DNA of 64,000 nt, taken from contig JARYMJ010000002.1 in assembly GCA_029907135.1 (NCBI GenBank), positions 10,897 through 74,896 on the forward strand. Reading direction: 5' to 3'. Positions 10,330 through 18,222 of this stretch are shown in pieces. The notes below the pieces were generated by a model. The model was not told the origin of the DNA. It ran no database searches and worked only from the letters and a program-made list of their open reading frames with translations. The stretch is from Candidatus Saccharicenans sp. (lineage in GTDB: Bacteria > Acidobacteriota > Aminicenantia > Aminicenantales > Saccharicenantaceae). How positions within the stretch are numbered: position 1 is the stretch's first letter; every line of letters begins with the position of its first letter. Made by a program: the position numbers and the translations under genes.

Positions 10330-13300
10330 TCAGGTGGCTTTACCAGGTGAGTTGCCCAGGGAACGGACGGCACCCGTGGGAACTTTCAGGATAGCGGCCA
10401 CGTCCTTTTCGCTGAGCGGCCGGTCTTCCGTGATGAACTGGTAATCGAGCATGTTGTCCGTTATCAACCCGGTCCGCAGCCGGTTGACTTCGGACAGGGA
10501 AGCGCTCCAGCCCTGGAGCCAGGCCTCGAGTTCCTTGCGCTGGCGGGCGTTGCCGGTGAAATGTATGGCCAGCCTTATAGGCTGGTCGAGGACCTCGGCG
10601 TCGTCTTCGGCGGTCTCGATGAGATAGACGCCCTTGACGTTCCACTTCTGTTCGCGGCAATGGCGGGCCAGCCCCTCGGCCAGGCGTAACCGCCAGAGGA
10701 AGATATCTTCCGCATGGCGCAGGACCGCGGCCTGGGAGGACTGGGCCCGTAACTCCAGGCCGGGACTGGCAAAGAAGGCCATGGCCAGCTCCTGCTCGGC
10801 GTTCATCAGCACCTTCAGCACCTTGCCGCCCGTCGAGTCGGGCACGGAGATGACCCTGATGGTATCGGCCAGTCCGGCGTATTCCGGCAGCAGGGAAACA
10901 AGCTGGTTCTGGGCCGTCTTGAAGAAGGACTCGTTGAATTTGACACCAGGGTCGTCGGGGTAGAGCGGCAGATAGCGGATTCCGGCCTCAACCAGGTCCT
11001 GGAAGAAGTGGGTGCCGAAGGAGACCTCGGGCACGTAGTTACCCTTCTTGCGGGCGACCTCGATCAGCATGGCGGCGTTGTTTATTTCCGAGTAGGTCAC
11101 CCGCACGCCCAGCTTGATGTCGCCCCGGCTGCCCCAGCGGCCGGGCCCCATCAGGATGAACCGGCGTCGGGGCAACAGCTTGTTGAGCCGGCCGACCGCC
11201 TCGCCCACGGCGTAGAGCTCCTGAAGCCCCGCCAGTTCTCCATATTTATCAGGGTCAACATAGACGATGTGAGTGATGTTATTCACGTAGCCGTTAGAGA
11301 TGAACTTCCTGGCCGTGAATAAGACGGCACTGTCCGGAATGTTGGCCGGTATCTCCATGGCCGATTCTTCCTCGGCATGGCTCTGGGGTCGGCACTGCAA
11401 CAGGTAGAGCTCCTGGCCATCGAAGGCGAATTCTATGTCCACCGGAAAGCCGAGGGCCGACTCGAGCGTCTTGAGGATGGCCTCCATCCGGGCCATGAAG
11501 GGGGTCGAGCTTATCAGCCCGTCAAAGGTAACGACGGTGTCGGCCTTCCTGATGTCGGTGGCGTAGCCCATGGGCCTCCGCAGCAGACCATCGCTCAGGA
11601 TGGAGAAGACCTTGGTGAAGGCCGGGTAGTCTTCGCCAACCTCGGCCAGCAGCTCCTTGATGTCCTTGGTGACGAAGCGGTTGGTCTCAAGGTCGATGAG
11701 GTCAATTTTCTTGGGCGAATAGCGGACGGTCTCGTCAATGGAGACGTTAACGCGCAGGTTGGGCTGGCCGGGCGCTACCAGGGCGGGGTAGTCGTCACTC
11801 AGCCGGTCCACCGCCCTGGTCCCCAGCCCGGGCACGAGCCTGAGCAGCCCGTCGTCCCGGCGGATGCGCGGCGACCAGCGGAATTCATTGCGGCTGAAGC
11901 CCACCCCGGCGAAGGCCGGGAAGAAGTACCCGCCTACCTTCTGCCCGACCACCGACTGAATCATGATGCCCATTTCCTCGTAGAAATCGAGCAGGCCGCG
12001 TTCGGCCCGGTACTGGATGGGGTCGGGGCTGAAGATTGAGGCGTAGACCTCGGCAATGGCATCAAGCAAAGCGTCGAGCCGCTCTTTCTTGCTGCCGCGG
12101 TTGGGCAGGAAGAGGCTCTTGTATTTGCCGGCAAAGGCACTCCCCAGCCGGTCTTCGAGCAGGCTGGAACTCCTGACGATAAGCGGGACCTCGCCAAAAT
12201 CGTCAAGGGCGGCCGACAGGCCGTGCACGATTTCAGGCGGAAAGGCTGAGTTCTTGAAAACGTGGATGAGATGAGGGTATTCCTGGCGGACGACCTCGAT
12301 GTCCTTATACTTCTGTTCGATGACTTCGTCCAGGTTGTTGTACTGAACGAAGGCGATCAGGCCGTCGGACGGGATGTACCAGGTCCTGGGCTTGGTGACA
12401 TTGCCGATGATCTGGTTGCGTCGGGCGGCCTGGCGCAGGATGCGGCAGGCCAAGAACAGGCCGGCACTCTTGCCACCCAGCTTGCCATGGCTGCCCGTCG
12501 GGAAGACGATGCGCTCCATGAGGTCAAAGAAGTCCTCTATCTCTAGGTACTTCTTGGCCACATTGATGAACTCGAGCTGCTCGGTGAAGAAGCGACGGAT
12601 GAGGGCCACGCGGACGCTGTTGGCCGTGGAGCGGGGAAGATGAATACCTTCCGGGGCCAGGCGCTTGATACGGCGCATGGACTCCAGGACCTCGGACAGG
12701 TCGGCGTAGATGTTCTCTAAGCTGGCCACCGCCGCGCTCAGGCGGTCCTCGTTAATCCATTTCTGGATGCGGGTCAGGATCTCCTCGTCACTCAGGTTGG
12801 CCGAGGCCAGCCGGAAGGTTTCCTCGGACAGACGCAGGAAGCGGTCCATGGATTCCCGGCTGAGCGGTATGTTGGCGTCGCCGGGTGCGCCATTGGCCGC
12901 CCGGTCGGAGCTGAACCTCTGGAGCAGCTCCCGGGCCTCGGTGACGCCCCGCCAGCCGAGGTAGTTCATCATCTTCCTGGAAATGCGAATCAGGAGGTTG
13001 GGGTCGGTGTTGCTGAGCAGCGACAGGGCGATGCGCCAGCCGGCCTTTTCCGGCAGGACGTCCTGTCGCTCGCCCCTCATCTCGGCGAAGACCTGGCGCA
13101 TTCTCTGGTGCAGGATGTAGTGGCCGATGCGCTCGGCGATGGTGTCGGCCAGCTTGATCTCACCCTTGAGAAAAGGTCCGCAGTCGGCTTCCGGGACGGG
13201 TTTCTTGTAGGAGATACATAGCCGGCCGACCGGCGTGTCCTGGACGCGGATATCGGCACAATAGGTGTTCGGTGTCTCCTCATAGTCGGGCGACTCGAAG

Positions 13301-13515
13301 ACCTCCGTGCCGTAGGTTATCCGGGCCTGGCAGCAGTCTGGATACTGCCAGCCCGGTGGAAGGGCGGCAATGAGGCGCCGGAAGACCTCTTCCAGCGGCA
13401 GGTCGTAGTTGCTGAGGATCTCTTCTACCGTATAAAGGCAGTTGAGCTCCTTGACCCGCTCGTGCAGGCTGGCGAAAATGGCCTGAGCCGAGTTTGGGGT
13501 TTGCTGGTCAGCCAT
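10330..13515 (-). CDS. PEP/pyruvate-binding (PPDK_N-like) domain protein with N-terminal sensor-like segment and degenerate C-terminal nucleotidyltransferase-like domain
   Basis: LGGKSAGL, PLIVRSSSLLED, FAGKYKS, GLGTRAV, PVDIEFA, YLLQCRPQ, GPGRWGS, SFGTHFFQDLVE. Start moved to ATG 13515, which has SD GGAGGG. Confidence 0.85.
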   Translation of the reverse strand: MADQQTPNSAQAIFASLHERVKELNCLYTVEEILSNYDLPLEEVFRRLIAALPPGWQYPDCCQARITYGTEVFESPDYEETPNTYCADIRVQDTPVGRLCISYKKPVPEADCGPFLKGEIKLADTIAERIGHYILHQRMRQVFAEMRGERQDVLPEKAGWRIALSLLSNTDPNLLIRISRKMMNYLGWRGVTEARELLQRFSSDRAANGAPGDANIPLSRESMDRFLRLSEETFRLASANLSDEEILTRIQKWINEDRLSAAVASLENIYADLSEVLESMRRIKRLAPEGIHLPRSTANSVRVALIRRFFTEQLEFINVAKKYLEIEDFFDLMERIVFPTGSHGKLGGKSAGLFLACRILRQAARRNQIIGNVTKPRTWYIPSDGLIAFVQYNNLDEVIEQKYKDIEVVRQEYPHLIHVFKNSAFPPEIVHGLSAALDDFGEVPLIVRSSSLLEDRLGSAFAGKYKSLFLPNRGSKKERLDALLDAIAEVYASIFSPDPIQYRAERGLLDFYEEMGIMIQSVVGQKVGGYFFPAFAGVGFSRNEFRWSPRIRRDDGLLRLVPGLGTRAVDRLSDDYPALVAPGQPNLRVNVSIDETVRYSPKKIDLIDLETNRFVTKDIKELLAEVGEDYPAFTKVFSILSDGLLRRPMGYATDIRKADTVVTFDGLISSTPFMARMEAILKTLESALGFPVDIEFAFDGQELYLLQCRPQSHAEEESAMEIPANIPDSAVLFTARKFISNGYVNNITHIVYVDPDKYGELAGLQELYAVGEAVGRLNKLLPRRRFILMGPGRWGSRGDIKLGVRVTYSEINNAAMLIEVARKKGNYVPEVSFGTHFFQDLVEAGIRYLPLYPDDPGVKFNESFFKTAQNQLVSLLPEYAGLADTIRVISVPDSTGGKVLKVLMNAEQELAMAFFASPGLELRAQSSQAAVLRHAEDIFLWRLRLAEGLARHCREQKWNVKGVYLIETAEDDAEVLDQPIRLAIHFTGNARQRKELEAWLQGWSASLSEVNRLRTGLITDNMLDYQFITEDRPLSEKDVAAILKVPTGAVRSLGNSPGKAT

Positions 13516-13583
13516 AAAACGCCGCCCTCCTTCGACCCGGCCAGCCGCGGCCAATCACCGTGGCTCCAGGCCCTTTATTGTCT

Positions 13584-13616
13584 GGTCCGTCTCCCCCGCT
13601 CTGGGGGAGACGGACC
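13584..13616. other. Perfect 14-bp GC-rich stem-loop between gdh and the PPDK-like gene
   Basis: GGTCCGTCTCCCCC-gctct-GGGGGAGACGGACC; no U-tract on the minus strand. Confidence 0.85.
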
Positions 13617-13633
13617 GAAGCTGCGCTTCCGGC

Positions 13634-14920
13634 TCAGACCCAGCCGCGTTCCTTGCAGGCGTTAGCCACGCGGCTGACTGAAATGACGTAGGCGGCGTCG
13701 CGCATGTAGAGCTTGCGGTTGCGGGCGAGCTCGCTGACGGCCTTGAAGGCCGCGGTCATCTTCTCGTCCAGTTTCTGGAGGACTTCCTCCTTGGTCCAGA
13801 AGTAATTCATGTTGCACTGAACCTGCTCAAAGTAGCTGCAGGTCACGCCACCAGCGTTGGCCAGGAAATCGGGGATGACGAAGATGCCTCTCTTCTGGAT
13901 GACCTCGTCGGCCTCCAGGGTGGTCGGGCCGTTGGCCCCTTCGGCGATCAGCTTGACCCTGGGTTTGATTTTCTGGACCGTCTCAGCATTGATCTGGTTC
14001 TCCAGGGCGCAGGGCAGAAGGATGTCGACATCCTGTTCGATCCAGGCTTCGCCAGGCAGGCGCTCGTAACCAAGAGCCTCGGCCTTGGCTTTGTCGATCG
14101 TCCCGAAACGGTCGGTGATGGCCAACAGCTCCTCAAGGTTGACCCCGGTTTTTTTCTTGTAGGTGTAGGAGGTCTGGTCGGCCTGGTCCCAGCAGGCAAC
14201 TGCGATAACCTTGCCTCCGAGCTTGGTGTAGAGCTGGATAGCGTACTGGGCGACGTTGCCGAAGCCCTGGACGGAGGCCGTAGTCTGAGCTATCTTGAGG
14301 CCCATCTCAGTGAGCGCTTCCCGGACCGTGTAGATCAGGCCGTAGCCGGTGGCCTCGGTGCGGCCGAGGGAACCGCCAAGACCCACGGGCTTGCCGGTGA
14401 TGAAGCCGGGGTATTTGGCGCCGTGGATGGTCTCGAACTCGTCGAGCATCCAGAGCATGTGCTGGGGGTTGGTCATGACGTCCGGGGCCGGCACGTCGCG
14501 CAGCGGGCCGACGTCATGGGCGATAGCCCGGATGTAGCCCCGGCAGAGCCGTTCCTGCTCCCGCGGGCTGAGGTCGTGCGGGTCGCAGATGACCCCACCC
14601 TTGCCGCCACCGAGCGGAATGTCCACGACTGCCGTCTTCCAGGTCATCCACATGGACAGGGCCCGAACGGTGTCTATGGTCTCCTGGGGATGGAAGCGGA
14701 TACCGCCTTTACAGGGACCGCGGGCGTCGTTGTGCTGGCAGCGGAAGCCGCGGAAAATCCGGACGCTGCCGTCGTCCATCCGGACCGGGATGGAGAAATG
14801 ATACTCCCGCATGGGCTGACGCAGGAGGTCTCTAGTCGGCTGGTCGAGGTCCAGCAGGTCGGCTACCTTGTCGAACTGCTTCTGGGCCATTTCGAACGGG
14901 TTGAAGCCTTTTTGAGCCAT
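13634..14920 (-). CDS. gdhA: Glutamate dehydrogenase (Glu/Leu/Phe/Val dehydrogenase family)
   Basis: KGGIRFHP, GGGKGG, DVPAPD, GGSLGRTEATGYG, VQGFGNVA, AEGANGP, NAGGV; SD AAGGAG. Confidence 0.93.
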   Translation of the reverse strand: MAQKGFNPFEMAQKQFDKVADLLDLDQPTRDLLRQPMREYHFSIPVRMDDGSVRIFRGFRCQHNDARGPCKGGIRFHPQETIDTVRALSMWMTWKTAVVDIPLGGGKGGVICDPHDLSPREQERLCRGYIRAIAHDVGPLRDVPAPDVMTNPQHMLWMLDEFETIHGAKYPGFITGKPVGLGGSLGRTEATGYGLIYTVREALTEMGLKIAQTTASVQGFGNVAQYAIQLYTKLGGKVIAVACWDQADQTSYTYKKKTGVNLEELLAITDRFGTIDKAKAEALGYERLPGEAWIEQDVDILLPCALENQINAETVQKIKPRVKLIAEGANGPTTLEADEVIQKRGIFVIPDFLANAGGVTCSYFEQVQCNMNYFWTKEEVLQKLDEKMTAAFKAVSELARNRKLYMRDAAYVISVSRVANACKERGWV

Positions 14921-14996
14921 TATGTAACTCCTTTTTTATGAACAAGATATTATTGCAGGCGGTGCCGGCTGAGAAAGGCACCGGCCGCAAGATGAT

Positions 14997-15025
14997 ATTG
15001 TAGTTAAGCCGGCCGTAAAAGGCAA
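14997..15025 (-). promoter_or_regulatory. sigma70-type promoter of the gdh operon
   Basis: Minus strand TTGCCT-N17-TACAAT; the 5' UTR carries a hairpin at 14953-14990. Confidence 0.6.
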
Positions 15026-15521
15026 GCCATCAGGGGGGATAGAATGAGAATTTAATTTTTGCAGGCGTTAAAGAGCGCCTCTTTGCTTCAATTTTCCCGC
15101 CTATTCATTGCCTGGGAGGACAGATGGCGTCTCAAATAGAGGCCAACAGGATGGACGAATTGCTTATGACCGGTCAGAACCCGTCTGGGGGGATAAAAAA
15201 ACATCCAAAATTATAAAACTTTCCCCGCCGGTAGCTGCGGTCACCAACACCGCTGGGGCCAGCGAGCGGCTGAAAGCAAAAGGCATCTGAGTAGAGGTAA
15301 CAGACAGAGAAGCCGGCATTAACCAGCCTAACAACATTTAAATATAATTAAACCGCTCAGCAGCCACTTCTTTTGGCCGATAGGCCGATTAGGCCAGCAG
15401 CCTATCTCCGATTCAATCAGCCTCAAAAAAAGTTTTAAGGACAGGAGTTTTTTACCGGAAGACATTCACCCGGAATTATGGCGAAAAGCTCTTGCCAAAA
15501 GGTAATAACCCGAGACCTCAG

Positions 15522-17159
15522 TCACGAGTTCATCACGCTGTCCAGGAAGATCTTTTCTATGTCAGGCACCGGCACCTCCTTGATGGTTTCAGCCACAGTT
15601 TCGTCGCTTAATAGCGATTCTAGGTTGAGGCCGGCAAAATAGCTTAAATTCTTGCTCCGGACCTCCTCTCCCAGCAGTTGATTGATTCTCTCGGCCAGGG
15701 TCGGGTGGTTCTTAACTGCCTGAAAAAGCCGCCAGGCTGATTTGAGCTTTTCTATTTCTCCGGTGCAGATAATTTTCCCCTTGTTTATCAGAACCACTTC
15801 ATCACAGACCTTTTCCACTTCGGGCAGCAAGTGAGACGAAAGGAAAATGGTGGCGCCGCTGGCTTTAAGTTCCAGGATCAGATTTCTAATTTCATACATT
15901 ATTATCGGGTCCAGACCGGTGTAAGGTTCATCAAAAATCAGAAACTCGGGCTGACCGATGGCCGCCACTCCGAAGGCCACCTTCTGGACTGTTCCCTTGG
16001 ACAGAGTTTTTAGGCGTCGGTCGAGATGTTCGCTCAGTCCGAGCTTTTCGGCCAGGCTGACGGCCAGATGGACCGCCTGGTCCCGGCTCAGCCTTTCATT
16101 TCGGGCCACCAAATACAGGGTTTCCCTGACAGTTAGAAAGGGATAAAGAGCCGCTGTTTCCTGCAGGTAGCCGATCTTCAATTTTTTCCCGGGCTTGTTT
16201 TCAAGTTTTTCTGGAAAGTATTCCACCCGGCCGGCCTGGGGCTTTAATAAATTCAGGATAATCTTCAGAGTGGTAGTCTTGCCCGCTCCGTTAGGGCCGA
16301 GAAACCCGGTAAGTTTTCCGGGCTTGATGATAAAATCCACCCCCCGCAGAGCCTCTTTGTCCTTCCTTCTTAGGAAGCCCTCCCGGTAAGTCATTTTCAA
16401 ACCAGACACTCGGAGGAGCATTTCGTTTCTGCTTTCAGGGCGGCCAAAAACCAGTTTGTGCTTGCTGGCCATGGAGGAGAATAGCCAGAAAGCCCAGAAG
16501 ACAAAGCCGGCCGAGGCCAGCAGCAGGAGAACCGTTTGCCAGGTTAGCATCTGGGCCCAGCCGGGTACGAGAAGAAGCCAGGCCGCACCTTTAAGACTGA
16601 GTTTATCAAGGCCGCCGCTTTTCATGAACTCCAGCATCTTAAGAAATTTTTCGGAACAATAAATAGCAAAGGTCTGAACCACCAGAACGGCCACAAAGTT
16701 CATAACCCCTTTAAGCTGGGTAGCCAGGAAGAATCCCACAGCACTGAGATAGATAGTTAAAACCAGGCCACGGCCCAGAATTATTAAAATCTGGCCGGCA
16801 GAAGACCATTCTTTGTTGATGGCCAGGCTGACCAGAGAAGCCGACCCGACCACGGCATAAGCCAGCAAGACCAGAACCACCACTGCCGCCAGCTTCCCCC
16901 AGAACAGGCTGGAAATTCTGAACCGGCTTAGGAATGCCTCAATCTGTCTGGAATCAAACTCGTCGCGTATCAGCCCTCCACTCAGGAGAATAGCCAGAAA
17001 GCTGAAAGCTAGCCCCAGACTGCCGGCAGCTTCTGCAGGAGAACCGGCCAGAAAGGCCAGGTACAGGCAATAAAGCAGATAAACTGAAATGATAATTGCG
17101 GCCATAATATTGGTCCTGAAAATTCTTTTCCAGGTTAATTTGATAATTTCTCCGATCAT
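15522..17159 (-). CDS. Fused ABC-2-type permease + ABC ATPase (exporter)
   Basis: About 6 TM in the first ~230 aa; Walker A GPNGAGKTT, signature LSKGTVQK, Walker B LIFDE, SSHLL switch. Confidence 0.85.
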   Translation of the reverse strand: MIGEIIKLTWKRIFRTNIMAAIIISVYLLYCLYLAFLAGSPAEAAGSLGLAFSFLAILLSGGLIRDEFDSRQIEAFLSRFRISSLFWGKLAAVVVLVLLAYAVVGSASLVSLAINKEWSSAGQILIILGRGLVLTIYLSAVGFFLATQLKGVMNFVAVLVVQTFAIYCSEKFLKMLEFMKSGGLDKLSLKGAAWLLLVPGWAQMLTWQTVLLLLASAGFVFWAFWLFSSMASKHKLVFGRPESRNEMLLRVSGLKMTYREGFLRRKDKEALRGVDFIIKPGKLTGFLGPNGAGKTTTLKIILNLLKPQAGRVEYFPEKLENKPGKKLKIGYLQETAALYPFLTVRETLYLVARNERLSRDQAVHLAVSLAEKLGLSEHLDRRLKTLSKGTVQKVAFGVAAIGQPEFLIFDEPYTGLDPIIMYEIRNLILELKASGATIFLSSHLLPEVEKVCDEVVLINKGKIICTGEIEKLKSAWRLFQAVKNHPTLAERINQLLGEEVRSKNLSYFAGLNLESLLSDETVAETIKEVPVPDIEKIFLDSVMNS

Positions 17160-17239
17160 ACTTCACCCCCACTCTGGTTATTATTTAGACAGAAACCCGG
17201 ACTCTGTGGCAAAGGTACCGGCAGAGGGAAAATATTGGA

Positions 17240-17723
17240 CCGTCACCGGCAGCCCGAAAAAGAAACCAATAAATTTTCTGGCCTAATAGCCTCCCGTTCT
17301 TCCTGCTGGAATTCATATTCTTTGTTTTTTTTATTTAATACTTCAGCCATGGCGAAAATTCAAGGAAGTTTCTGCTGGGCTTTCTGGAACCCGGTGTACT
17401 GTGGCCTGTGGCTGAGAATATTTACTTCATTTTGACCAGCTAAGAGTATAGAAGAAGCTGAAAGTGACGAAGAAAAGGCCGTGAAGTAAGCCTCAATCTG
17501 TCCCCAACTTTTGACAGGCTGCAGTTCTTTATTGAACCCACCCTTTTGCCGACACCCCCTGTGATTCCCGAATTCAATCAACCCAAATTCCTTGACCGAA
17601 GAATCAACAGCCGCCGCTCCTTCTACTCCTCCAGCGATGTTCCGCATCTCTCGGGTAATCTTCCAGACAATAATCTTACTGGTTTCATTTAAAAAGACGT
17701 GAAAATACCGCTATTTTTCTCAT
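17240..17723 (-). pseudogene. Possible decayed GspG/pseudopilin-like gene remnant
   Basis: AGGAGG immediately followed by ATG 17723 opens MRKIAVFSRLFK*. Another frame reads KITREMRNIAGGVE...KSWGQIEAY...SILLAGQN, reminiscent of T2SS-G-like TxxDMRxIA / DxWG..Y / SxGxDG, and is interrupted by an in-frame TGA at 17360-17362. Confidence 0.3.
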
Positions 17724-17963
17724 CCTCCTATTTTTTTCCTTCAGACGGCCATTATCAACTTATCCGGCTGGAGAATGTCTTGTGTGGCCAGACATCACCA
17801 GTAAATAAAAGTTGACAGCCAGCCTGATCCGGGTTAACAAAAGTTATCGAGGCCAGCCTTGGCCTGAAGCGCTCTGGCTGAGACTGCCAGCAGGAGATCT
17901 GGCACCGGACTTGCTTTACTGTTTGACGATGCCTGACGGCAGAACAAAAAAAAGGAGGTTAAA

Positions 17964-18209
17964 ATGAAAAACCAAGCCTTAATCAAGTCAATGGCTGTGG
18001 TCGTACTGTTCATGGCCCTCGTTTCTCTGGCTCCGTCGGTGGCCGCAGCCGTGGATTCCAGCAGCTCCGGGGACTCGTCCACCAAGTGCTTTGCCCAGTT
18101 CGAGAAATGTATGAATTCGACCAGAATTGGCATCCTTAAATCCTTTATCGATGCCCTGGATTGCGAGCTGGAACTGGCTGCCTGCATTAAAAATGCCCTT
18201 AAATTCTGA
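17964..18209 (+). CDS. Small secreted Cys-containing peptide (Sec signal + CX6C-X17-CX6C)
   Basis: Strong SD AAGGAGG; signal peptide ending VAAA; Ser-rich linker; Cys42, Cys49, Cys67, Cys74. Confidence 0.8.
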   Translation: MKNQALIKSMAVVVLFMALVSLAPSVAAAVDSSSSGDSSTKCFAQFEKCMNSTRIGILKSFIDALDCELELAACIKNALKF

Positions 18210-18222
18210 GGACTCCAGGACC

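Noticed and set aside
10330..14920. gdh/PPDK-like block as a GC-rich horizontally acquired island
   Set aside because: It looks GC/CpG-richer by eye, but manB and macB look similar and there are no mobility genes or flanking repeats; a computed codon-usage test is needed.
17360..17362. In-frame TGA as a possible selenocysteine codon
   Set aside because: No redox-motif context and the ORF also appears frameshifted upstream, so decay is the simpler explanation.
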